Source: Felis catus (lineage: Eukaryota). From it: DNA of 64,000 bases. Of this stretch, positions 38,925 to 50,500 are shown piece after piece. The position numbers were made by a program, and so were the translations under genes. The notes below the pieces were generated by a model, which saw only the letters and a program-made list of their open reading frames with translations, did not search any database and was not told the DNA's origin. Each line of letters begins with the position of its first letter. Position 1 is the stretch's first letter. Where the stretch lies: NCBI RefSeq assembly GCF_018350175.1, contig NC_058368.1, forward strand, positions 185,692,001 to 185,756,000. The letters are read 5' to 3'.

Positions 38925-40085
38925 CCAATAGTGGTTTGGGCAAAGTTAGAGAATAAAAGAGAAAAATCAATCAACCATTTATGGTGGAAGTGACCATAGA
39001 TACACAACTATAAGTCCTACTCTGTGTAATCCCAGGTACTCTCATAGGAATTTCAATTTTGCTGAGGAGTCTTTCTCACCTACTCTCTAAATCAGGATGA
39101 GTTTAGGTATGCATGTTGGAGTAGGATAGGTAGTGAATGCTTACTATAAGTATGGGAGAATTCACAAATGTTTGGGGTGATAGGGACCTGGCAGAAAGAT
39201 TACCATCAGGGTAGGCACTCACTCTATGGGTAGACAGGGGACTTGATAGTCCCCCGGCAGAGCAGCTCAAAAGGACAAGAAAGATAAACAATTACCAAGA
39301 GAAATTAAGCTATTTATCATGGGGTGTGCTAGTACCTCTTTACTGTTTTGTCACTCTTAATATATATTTAATAGAGGTTATACTTCTCAGTCATGCTTTT
39401 TTTGTGGAAGTGGATTATTTTTTGATTAACCTCAAGATGGTACTGAGTTCTATGTCTGGACTGATTAAAGGAAAGAACAGATTAAAAAGCTGGAGTTGAG
39501 AACAGAGAAAATTCTCAGTGTAAACCTGGAGATGAACAAAAATTCCTGCAAAAACTCCAGTCTACAAACATCTTGAATATGGTGACATCAAAGCCAAGAA
39601 CCCAACTAATCTATGGCTCTGTGTGTAAGAAATAAAAGGACCTATCAAGATCCTTGATCTATATGACTGCATCAGATGAGAGATACACAGTCTCGGTCCT
39701 TTTATTAGGTAGCCATTCTTCTCTCAGACACCATTTTTTCAGGAGCAGACTCCACAGCCAAGGTTCCTCAGTTCCTTGGAACAAACCATTAACAAGATCA
39801 TAAAGAAGTGATTACAAGAAAGACGCTACCCAACCTGCCTGGTGCTATTGCTAACCCACACCTATGGATAGGAAAGGATGGATATCTTTGAGATACACTC
39901 ATTTTGATACTGACCATGGACACATAGTCACATCAGACTGGGGCACAAAACAAATACATTTTTCAGTCCTCACTCCCTGCATCGAAGACAAAATCTGGCA
40001 CACTGCAACTGAACTGGAGGACTGGAGAAGAGAAGGGCACATTGAAGTGGCATGAGCATGAACCATGACACTAATTTGGACTCAA
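38925..40085 (+). pseudogene. EBLN: Candidate endogenous bornavirus-like nucleoprotein element (EBLN), decayed with stops, frameshifts and one ~90-bp insertion
   Basis: Manual translation across frames gives ordered blocks matching Borna disease virus N as recalled: GLGKVRE (38933) ~ GIGHEKD; YTTISP (39001) ~ FHTVTP; VLLCVIPG (39014) ~ VFLCLLIPG; LPREIKLFIMGCAS (39292) ~ LTELEISSIFSHCCS; MVLSSMSGLIKG-EQIKK (39437-39489) ~ [30 protein letters not shown] (39772-39837) ~ FLG..PD..PRSFPNL; TELEDWRR (40008) ~ TQLARYRR; TMTLI-GL (40062-40083) ~ IMKMIGV. Confidence 0.8.
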
Positions 40086-40487
40086 AATAAGAAGAGATGT
40101 TTTCAATCAGGATAGAATTCAGAAAATGTAAGTTTGGGGACCACCCTTGACAGAATGAAAGAATGATAGAATGAAAGAATGTTGAGAAAGAAACACTTCA
40201 GATTCTGTCCCAGTAGGTACAGGCTCTTCAAAAAAGTAAACCGAGGCAAAAGCCATTACTTACAGATTTATCCCAGAAGAGAGGAAAATCAGCAGGTTCC
40301 TTTGAAACGGGTTAGCTTCTAAGCAGAGTCCAGGCTGGGATCCAACTAGTCTGTTCTTGTGATAGTAGAGATACTAAAGGTCAGGACCAATGTCAGTCAT
40401 GAATCTGACCCTACAAAGTAGGCTGGGTCTAAGGTGTGGACTTCATGCAAGGGAAGGCAGTCAACCCACAAGAGGTCCTTGAGGTCT

Positions 40488-40553
40488 AGAAAGAATCCAA
40501 TAGCTAAATATTACTGTGATAGGAAGAACCCAATAGCTAAATATTACTGTGAT
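40488..40553 (+). repeat. 33-bp tandem duplication (2 mismatches)
   Basis: agaaagaatccaatagctaaatattactgtgat / aggaagaacccaatagctaaatattactgtgat. Confidence 0.95.
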
Positions 40554-41133
40554 TGCAGATCTCCTTTCTTTTTCTGCAAAGCAGAGAAACAAAGGCCAGT
40601 TCTCAGGGTCTGAAATACCTGAAGGAGGAGGAAGCAGGTCAGATACAAGTACAGACTTCCTGCAAACACTGAAGAAGAACCAACAACTGTGTCTGAGGCA
40701 TCCTCTTCCCATGCCTCTCAGAGAGTTGGTTTCCCTGGAAGGCACATAGAGGAGCCTCAGATGTCAGGTTCCTTAGGCTTCCCATGCTACTGCCCTGGGC
40801 AGTGTCTTTTGGTCTGTATTATTTATAATCTCTCTTCCTGTGAGTCCTCATCCTTCTACCTTCCCAGAGAAAAAAATATTTCAAAGAAATATTTCAGGCC
40901 ATGTAATCAAAACATGCTATGCTGGCCAATTCTGTGAAAAGGGTAGTGCTTATTTTCACAAACCCAAAATATTTCCCCTTCCAGTATATTTATTTCTTCT
41001 AATAGGTGAATGGTGTCCTCTATCTCTGCTACACTTTGGGGTCGAGGTTTAAAGTATCTGAGTAGCTCATTCATAAATATGTGCTAGATTCAGCTCCTAT
41101 TTGGATTTTTCTTTGGCTTCAAAAAGAGACCCT

Positions 41134-41333
41134 GGGGCACCTACCTCCGTGGCTCAGTTGGTTAAGTGTCTGACTCTTCATTTCAGCTCAGGTCATGATT
41201 TCACTGTGGGATAGAGCCCCACATTGGGCTTTGCACTGACAGCACGGAGCTTGCTTACAATTCTCTCTTCCTCTATGTCCCTCTCCTGCTCACATTCCCA
41301 CTCTCTCAAAAATAAATGAACATTTAAAAATAA
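41134..41333 (+). mobile_element. CAN-SINE
   Basis: ggggcacc...gtggctcagttggttaagtgtctgactc...aaaataaatgaacatt. Confidence 0.92.
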
Positions 41334-43705
41334 AAAAGGATGCCCTGCCATGGAGGGACAGTGACAGGGGTGCTGCACACTCACTAGCATCCTGGGTTCT
41401 ATTATTTACAGCTGTTTCAATATCCTATTTTTAAAATACATACTATATTCAAAATACATAATTTCTCACTAGAGAAAAATACAAAAGGACAATTAGTATT
41501 AAAATCTTCAGATCTTTTGAAATTAAAAAAGAAATAAAGTTTAATCCCCTGCCCTGGATCACGAATTCCATCTCCTTTTCTCCACATTTCTGAACTCTAT
41601 ACAGCTTCAGGTAGACAAAGTTAAACTGGCTTAAACAGGAAGCAACATCCCCCGTCAGAGCTCTAGGAAAGCTAAGAACATAGTCTCACATATCACAAAA
41701 AGGAATATTGGAAGTGTGGGGAGGCTAAGACTTGAATTCTGAAGACAGGGAAGAAATCAACGTTCCTGATTCTCTTTGTTTGAGTACCTGGCATCTGCAC
41801 CCAAGACATCTTTTCCTTCCTGAAAAATTATTCTGCATTGCTATCAGTAATTTGCAACTTACAGAGCTTTACAATAGCTCCCATAGAAACAGAATCAGGT
41901 AACAGAGGAAGATTTGCTTCAAGCAGTGTATAATTTCCACTGAATAGATTTTCCCCTATAGTTTCTTCCATTATGATGAAAAAAAAAACTTGTAAAAAGA
42001 TAATTTTATTTGATCACAAAATAAAGCTACTAGTCTTACTAGGTTTGACCTGGTTATTTACATAAGAGCAAAAAGAGTGCTAACTTACCATAAGAGGCCT
42101 TCTTAAATTTGCTATGCTGGATGTTTTCATAACAAATCTCAGGCTGGGTTTTTTTAGTCCCTTATTTGAAGCCAGGAAGACAAACCCAACAAACTCTTTC
42201 CACCAGGTTTTACCCACAATTTATACATACCTGAGTAAATTCCTTTCTTTTAATGGTCTTGAAAATATCCCAAGGTCCCCAGCCTGTCTGGAAGTGACCT
42301 TGCTTACCTCCTATAGGGCTGGACCATATAAACCCAGAAACCACTTTTCCTGGGAAGGCTTTGTAAGAATTGGTTCCATAAGTGCCTTAAAAGTAGTTGG
42401 TCAACCACAGTTATATGAGCATCATTCAGGAACATTACATTTTATGCAGGTCTTTGGTTACATAACCAACATTTCCAATATGTCCCGGAAAAAGGAGGAC
42501 AGATTTTTAAAGAACCTATGGAAATAACTATACTGCCATGAAAAGTGAATAGATATACAGTTTTTAAATTTTGGGGTGTCCATGATAATGTACCATTTTT
42601 TGAAACTTTCATTTCAGCCAACCAGTGCAGTCTATTAAATTATTAACTTTTTAGGATTTACAGATAGCTCAAAAACAAAGGCTTTCTGTATTTGTATGTA
42701 TAATATGTATGTGTGTATATATGTAATATATATGTAAAACATTTGCAGTATAAATATATAGTGTATGGATGTATAACATATACAATATATGTATAATGCA
42801 TATATTAAAAATGTATTAACATATATATATTTTAAAAAACACCATCTCTTATCATTTTACTCAGTCCTATTTAATTCTTGCTTCACTGGATATTGGGTCA
42901 GTAATCTCATGAATGCCTCTGCTTTCCAATGACAGAGTTTTGGAAATTCTTACTTAGTAGCCGTGTGTGGTGTTAAAGTTGTCTAAAGGATGCCATTAGA
43001 AGTCTGTACTCCAGAGTCTATTCTTTGAAGCTTCAGTTGTTTGAAATACATGGCATAGTTCTTTTTCACAGAGCTCTGAAATAATCCTTCTTTGAGTGAG
43101 ATAAGAACTCAGGCTACAGCTGCAAAACACTTATAGAAGAATCAAAGTAAAATAAAAACTGTAGGTACAGAAGTTCAAAATGGCTGTGGCTAACTTATTA
43201 CTGATACTTTTCAGAACTTAAAAATCTGGTAAGAATTCATGAGAAGAATAATACAAATGACAAGAAAATTAGGTTGATGTTGTGTATGAGGGGAAATAAA
43301 AAGATAATAAGGACAGTCTGCCAAAAAGTTTTAGATAAAATGTCTGTAAACAAAATGATTAAGGATATTTCTCAAAGAATATAACGAACATTACATCTAT
43401 GCTATAAATGAACAATTTTTGAAAAGGAAAAAATCTTGAGATAACATTTACATATATATGTCTACACACACACACACGCACGCACACAAAATACCAAGTC
43501 CTCAGTAAGAATATACCAAGAACATATAGCATACAGAGACTCTAAAGTGGCTCATTGTGTCTGAAGTGAGTCTTAAATATCTGTATTAAGGAAGTAACAA
43601 CAAATTCCATTTTTAGTATTGATTTACATGGTCAATTTGAAAATTAATGGTGTAGAAGATGCTAGATCCAAATTAAAAAATGGCAGTTACAGCCATAGAA
43701 GCATT

Positions 43706-44259
43706 TAAATTTTTATTTAAATTCCAGTTAACATACAGTGTAATATGAGTTTCAGGTATAGAACTTAGTGATTCAACACGTATATACAACACCTGGTGCT
43801 CATCACAAGTGCCCTCATCCAACCGCATCATCTGTTTCACCCATTCCACTACCCGCCTCCAGTCTGGTAACCATCCCTTTGTTCTATATACTTCTTTGTT
43901 TCTTGGTTTTCCTCTTTCTTTTTTCCCCTCTGTATTCATGTGTTTTGTTTCTTATATTCCACATGAGTGAAATCATATGGCATTTGTATTTCTCTATTTC
44001 ACTTAGCATAATGCTCTCTAGCTTCATCTCTGTCATTGCTAATAGCAAGACTTTATTCTTTTTTATGACTGAGTAATATTCCATTGTATGTATGTATGTG
44101 TGTGTGTATATATATATAATATATATATAATATATATATAATATATATATACTATATAATATATATATACACGCACATATAAGATGTGGGGTGTGTGTGT
44201 GCGTATATATATAATATATATGTAATATATATACAATATATATATAATATATATAATAT

Positions 44260-44290
<31 letters not shown>

Positions 44291-44474
44291 CCCACATCTT
44301 CTTTATCCATTCATCTGTCAAGGGACACTTGGTCTACTTCCATAATTTGGCTATTGTAAATAATGCTGCAATAAACACCAGGGTGCATATATCCCTTTAA
44401 ATTGGTATTTTTGTATTATTTGGGTAAATACCTAGTAGTGCAATTGCTGGATTATAGGATAATTCTATTTTAAA
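43706..44474 (-). mobile_element. Carnivore L1 3' fragment containing an expanded microsatellite
   Basis: aattccagttaacatacagtgtaata...caacacctggtgctcatcacaagtgccctc...tgggtaaatacctagtagtgcaattgctgga. Confidence 0.92.
44086..44300. repeat. (TG)/(TA)/(CA) compound microsatellite with an inverted repeat at 44181-44300
   Basis: aagatgtggggtgtgtgtgtg ... cacacacacaccccacatctt are reverse complements. Confidence 0.9.
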
Positions 44475-45966
44475 TAATAATTTATGTCTGCTAACAGATT
44501 GCTTTTGTCTAATATCATTAGGCAAACCATCATGAAGATTCTCATGAATATAGAAAACCTTTACAGAACTATTTCTAACTACATATTTCAGTGTTTCTGA
44601 GGTTAAAACAGAGAGAGCAAGGGCATTGACTAATCTATGGAGACTTTTGGTGAAATGTGCCATCTCTAAAATAGCCATATTAATAAAATTTTGATTATAT
44701 AAATTTAAACTGTGGACGGTTGAGCAGCTTTTCCATTTGACAATTCTTCCAGTGAAACTCATAAATAGTAATATATCAAATATGCTAATTATTTCTAGAG
44801 CCTGTCTTTTTATAAGGTGAAAAAAAAATAAACCTTTATGATTTTCCAGGTTTACTGTGGGATAGTTTAAGCATAAAAGATAGCCTAACACTTTTATTTT
44901 ATTTCACATTTAAGATTTATATTCAGGAACCCCAAAACAACTTTGTCTGTCTGATAATTTAAAAATTTAACTTAGAACCATAAGTGCCTGAAAAATTCTA
45001 ATTAGCTACACATTTGAAAGTGACAGTAAAACACAAATAAACATAGGAGGTAATGTGGTTGTAAATAATCTTAGCTACTTCATAACTGAGCAAGCTTTAT
45101 TTACTTAAATAGTCAAGGATTTAAAATCAATCTGAAGAAAAGTATTTCAGTAAGATACAGAATCTGTGCTATCAGCAGATTGCCTAGAAAAGAATGACCC
45201 GAAGATATTGCAGGCTAAGGCATGAAACACCAAACCAATGAAACAACTGAACAAAAACTGAATAAATTTGCTAAGATTTGAATGCATTTCATAGCTTTCC
45301 AGACTCATGCAGTAAATTAAGTCAAATAAAATTAATTTTACAGTTTTGTGTTATGCTTTCCCATAGTCTGGAGCAAACTGATACTTAGGACAGATCTCCA
45401 GATGTCTTTGAGCTCAGAACCAGCTTTGTAAAATTACTAATATGTTACATACATTGATTCTATATCATTTCTACCTTCAAATGAATCAGCGAGTAAGCAT
45501 TTGATAATTTTTCTAGTTTCAATTTCCAGTACAGTAAATATCACTAATTATAACCCACCCACTCATATAAAGAAATGTTCTTTGGGATCCTCAGTGAGTT
45601 TGAAGACTGTAAATATATTTAGACAATAAACAAACAAACAAATCCTGTTTATGATTGCTTTGTTCAGGGGAAGAGATGATGTGGATAGTTAAGGAGTATC
45701 TTGTTATACTCCATTTTAGCAGATTTGCAGAGCCGATAAATACATATGACACAACTTTCTACAACCACTAACAGCTGTTAGACAACTTTTCAAAATGACA
45801 GAATGGTAAAATGGTGGTTGGCGGGAGGAACAGGATATATTCACTTACACACTCAAAGATGCCTCTAAGATGTAGCATATAAAAATAAGAAACAAAAGCA
45901 TCTAAACTTAAAATGACACATAGTGATAGATGTTTTTGTATTTTATTCTTACTTAGAAATGATCTA

Positions 45967-47357
45967 TGGCACAAAAACAGACACATAGACCAATGGAATA
46001 GAATAGAAACCCCAGAACTAGACTCACAAACGTATGGCCAACTCATCTTTGACAAAGCAGGAAAGAATATCCAATGGAAAAAAGACAGTCTCTTTAACAA
46101 ATGGTGCTGGGAGAACTGGACAGCAACATGCAGAAGATTGAAACTAGACCACTTTCTCACACCATTCACAAAAATAAACTCAAAATGGATAAAGGACCTG
46201 AATGTGAGACAGGAAACCATCCAAACCCTAGAGGAGAAAGCAGGAAAAGACCTCTCTGACCTCAGCCGTAGCAATCTCTTACTCGACACATCCCCAAAGG
46301 CAAAGGAATTAAAAGCAAAAGTGAATTACTGGGACCTTATGAAGATAAAAAGCTTCTGCACAGCAAAGGAAACAACCAACAAAACCAAAAGGCAACCAAC
46401 GGAATGGGAAAAGATATTCGCAAATGATATATCGGACAAAGGGCTAGTATCCAAAATCTATAAAGAGCTCACCAAACTCCACACCCGAAAAACAAATAAC
46501 CCAGTGAAGAAATGGGCAGAAAACATGAATAGACACTTTTCTAAAGAAGACATCCGGATGGCCAACAGGCACATGAAAAGATGTTCAGCGTCGCTCCTTA
46601 TCAGGGAAATACAAATCAAAACCACACTCAGGTATCACCTCACGCCAGTCAGAGTGGCCAAAATGAACAAATCAGGAGACTATAGATGCTGGAGAGGATG
46701 TGGAGAAAAGGGAACCCTCTTGCACTGTTGGTGGGAATGCAAATTGGTGCAGCCGCTCTGGAAAGCAGTGTGGAGGTTCCTCAGAAAATTAAAAATAGAC
46801 CTGCCCTATGACCCAGCAATAGCACTGCTAGGAATTTATCCAAGGGATACAGGAGTACTGATGCATAGGGCCACTTGTACCCCAATGTTCATAGCAGCAC
46901 TCTCAACAGTAGCCAAATTATGGAAAGAGCCTAAATGTCCATCAACTGATGAATGGATAAAGAAATTGTGGTTTATATACACAATGGAGTACTACGTGGC
47001 AATGAGAAAAAATGAAATATGGCCTTTTGTAGCAACGTGGATGGAACTGGAGAGTGTGATGCTAAGTGAAATAAGCCATACAGAGAAAGACAGATGCCAT
47101 ATGGTTTCACTCTTATGTGGATCCTGAGAAACTTAACAGGAACCCATGGGGGAGGGGAAGGAAAAAAAAAAGAGGTTAGAGTGGGAGAGAGCCAAAGCAT
47201 AAGAGACTGTTAAAAACTGAGAACAAACTGAGGGTTGATGGGGGGTGGGAGGGAGGAGAGGGTGGGTGATGGGTATTGAGGAGGGCACCTTTTGGGATGA
47301 GCACTGGGTGTTGTATGGAAACCAATTTGTCAATAAATTTCATATATAAAAAAAAAA
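45967..47357 (+). mobile_element. Young 5'-truncated cat LINE-1 (L1_Fc-like): ORF2 C-terminus, 3'UTR and poly(A)
   Basis: Uninterrupted ORF2 C-terminal frame ([14 protein letters not shown]...[18 protein letters not shown]...SLLCGS*, stop at 47127), G-rich 3'UTR, AATAAA at 47332 and A-run at 47348-47357. Confidence 0.97.
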
Positions 47358-47540
47358 TAAATTCTTCACCTCAAAATGATCCTAAAGATTACCTAGAAGT
47401 ATGAACTTTTAACCACCATTAAGAAAAAAATTAATCATTGCATAGGGTGTATTCTTTTATAATAAGATGTATTATACATTTACAGTACATAAAATATCAT
47501 GATATTGTTAAAGAAATAAACATTTTCATGTCACTGAAAA
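47358..47540 (+). other. Putative L1 3'-transduced flank
   Basis: Non-L1 sequence after the L1 poly(A), ending AATAAA (47515-47520) + 16 nt + A-run, then a second copy of AAATGATCTA (47541-47550) that also precedes the L1 5' end (45957-45966). Confidence 0.7.
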
Positions 47541-50500
47541 AAATGATCTAGGCATCTAACGAATATCCATTAACTTAATATCAGTTCAAAGTTGTAAATT
47601 ACTTTAAGATCTTGGAAATTATGTTCAAGTGGACGTATTATAAAACATAATTACTATTGAAACAAAGCTTGGCATAATAATGATTCAATTTAGTTAAACA
47701 CAAATTTGTACCTTTCATTATCTTGAATATTAAAAATGAGTTATTTAGCTTTACCCCAATTTTTAAGCTTATATTATAGTTAACACTGGTAAATCAGAGA
47801 AGGCATAGATGTTTTATGAATCTGTAGTTATTAACTAATCTCTTTTGCAAAGATTTACCTAAATTATAGGAGCTTGGATTCTTTAAATTTTTCCGAGTTG
47901 GTATTTTTAAAAGTAATTTCTTGGTCTAGTATATTTAAAGTTTTAGAAATTAAACTTCCTTATTTTCTTGGGTGTTTGGAATATTATATTTATATATGTC
48001 CTTTTTAACCTCTATAAGCCAGTCATAACAATGCCTTCTTATTTTAACAGACCTTATAATCTATCATTACCAGCTAGCAGTAAATAGATTATATTCTATG
48101 TTTTTATGTACAGTATACAACAGAAAATATTAAATACAGAATGAGAGTTTTTTTCCCCTAAATCATTGAAATATAAAGTCATGGAACTCATATTTTCATT
48201 TCTAAAATTTCAGCCATGAATTAACAGTCGATACACAAAAACTCACTACTTCAGATATCAGAGAACTGTACTCATCTAGTGGGCATGAAATTCTTAATTG
48301 ATTTGAGCTCAAAAATGACAGATAAACATAAAAAGACTAACCAAATAGATACTCTGTTGTTACCCCACAGAGAATAGATCTCTTATAAATACTTTATTTA
48401 CAGAGAACATCAAATAACCCATTAACCAAAACAAAAAATAAAAACAAAATCAAAACACAAAAATATTTGGGAATAAAATTAAAATTAGAATAACGGAATC
48501 AGCAGAATTCTTTAGATTTACTTTTTTCTTTTTACACAATTTTTTTTTCTACAACATATTCAAGTGACACTCAGGTTACTTTCCAGGCATAGAATAAACT
48601 GGATTAAAGCTAAGGTGAAGAGTACTGACCTCTGGCATGAGCGAGCCAGATCCCTGAATCACCCATCAAAGGACAGTCCAGATGTTCAGTGATTCAGAAA
48701 AAGGGATACATACACACTCTTTTGTTTTCTGAAAATAGTTTTGTTTTTTTTTTTTCATTTTAGAAAAATTTGCCAGAATCCACAGACACAGATCTGGGTG
48801 ATACTGGATAAAGTTATGTTTTTGAAGATACTGATATCTAAACACAGAGATGTCTGAAGTAAAGCATTAAAAAGGAAGGTACAGCTTAAGGATCTTTAGT
48901 AACTGTGATGTTAATCGTCCTGAAAAGAAATTTTGAACTAACCATGCCTCTCTTCCCCATAGTCTCTGCCCAGTGCCAGGTTTTATGAGTTTATTGTAAG
49001 GAAAAGGAAACACCCAGACATCAAAGTAGAAAATATTTAGCTTGCTGAAATTACTGCTCTATAGTACCAAAGGAAATGTGAGACAGAATGAGGATAAGTG
49101 TGGAGAGAGTGAGGGGCAAATTATGAGAAAGAATCGGGAGGGAAAGGATCAACTAGATGGTTGGAAGGAATGAAAATGTCCCCATCTTCCCTAATTAATA
49201 CTCTTCGCTGTGATCTTCATGAGCTTGGTGTAGGAATGGTAGATTTCTTCCAGAGATGCCCTAAGTTCATGCACCACAAAGGAGTTTTGTACCGTATGCT
49301 CAAGGTCCTGTGGCTATGGGGCTTGCCTTGGACTCCTGCTCAAACTTTGGAGTCAGAACTGTCAAAGGCACCAAATGTTTTCTCATTTTCATACATATTA
49401 CGTGGAACAAAACTATCAAAGAACCTACCACAGAGGTTACTGACAAAGAAGTGTTTAAACAGGTGGGGAATTACCAAAGAGGTAGATTTGGTGTGAGATG
49501 CCCATAATCAGTCTCTGGAGATCCCTGACAGATTGTCTGTCTTTATGTCTAGGGAGTAAACAAGTTAGGGGCAGTGTGGCACATCCTGGCTTCATTGCAA
49601 TATCTTTACCCTAGCTCCTGAATGCTGGACCTAGAAAAGTAACCATAGTCCTAATTAAGTTTTTTCTAAGGTTTTATTTCTAAAATCTTCACTGTAGTTC
49701 AGTTTAAGTACCTATGCTGTATGTGTTCTGAGTGTGAGGTCCTACTCTGGTTCCTTATCTTCTACTCCAGATCTTCTTGACCTGGGGGCCTATTTTGTCA
49801 TGTATGTAATTCTTTTACAACTTCTAGAGTTCTGTTTCTAAATAATAACCATAATGAGTGGCTCAAAACTATCTGTTTCCAGATTTCTCTAATGTGTTGA
49901 GCTAACAAGTGGTGGTGCTAAGATTCCAAAGTCTAGATTCTTAAATACAACAATTGGACAATGGTATTTCCATCTTCATGTTGCCTACTCTGTGGATAAA
50001 AGAGGAAAGAATGAGAACACTTTATGAGCTCTGTAGTTACTATGCCAAGTTTGATAAAACTTTCTCTAGCTAATGGTATACCTTCTAATAGTTGATATTT
50101 TCACTTTAAAATCCAGATGGTTATGAATTAACTTAGGTGAGAAGCTCTGTAACTTTCAATATTTAAGGTCTATTACATTTGCTTCCAGACAGTAGTGATG
50201 TATGCTTTTGTCTAAACCAGTGAGATATGTTATTTTAGTCACTCTGTCAGATTATTATTAATAAGAATAATGACCCAACCAAAATAGATTGGTTATAAAT
50301 ATGTGGCATCAAACAATTCTGTGCAAATTCCTTTCTGGATCTCCCCCTAAGTTGTCACAGTGCTGTTTTCCTCCCAAATTATCACCAACAAATTTTACTT
50401 ACTTAATATATGAACTAAAATCATTAGTGACTAGTTAACTTATTACCAACCCTTGATGCAAACAAAAGTTGAACTTTAATTGTGTGGGAAAACTAAGAGA

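Larger units (their letters stand above)
41900..48700 (-). mobile_element. Decayed non-autonomous ERV1 internal region (MER4-group-like), split by two L1 insertions; boundaries approximate
   Basis: AT-rich internal motifs typical of MER4-group internals (ttcttaaatttgctatgctgg...gaagccaggaag; ggaagtgaccttgcttacc; aaagttgtctaaaggatgcc; ttagaaatgatcta|ggcatctaacgaatatcc continuing across the L1). Confidence 0.55.

Noticed and set aside
40488..40553. CRISPR-like 33-bp repeat
   Set aside because: Only two adjacent copies with no spacer, in mammalian DNA; a simple tandem duplication.
42114..42527. 137-aa ORF
   Set aside because: Lies within decayed ERV1-like internal sequence and shows no gag/pol/env motifs.
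45913..47127. 404-aa ORF as a host protein-coding gene
   Set aside because: It is the L1 ORF2 C-terminus; the first ~18 codons are chance flanking sequence upstream of the truncation point.
47232..47286. G-quadruplex-forming tract
   Set aside because: Standard G-rich part of the L1 3'UTR, not specific to this locus.
49161..49507. 111-aa ORF as a second viral fossil or gene
   Set aside because: No recognisable motifs, non-ATG start, and a length expected by chance.
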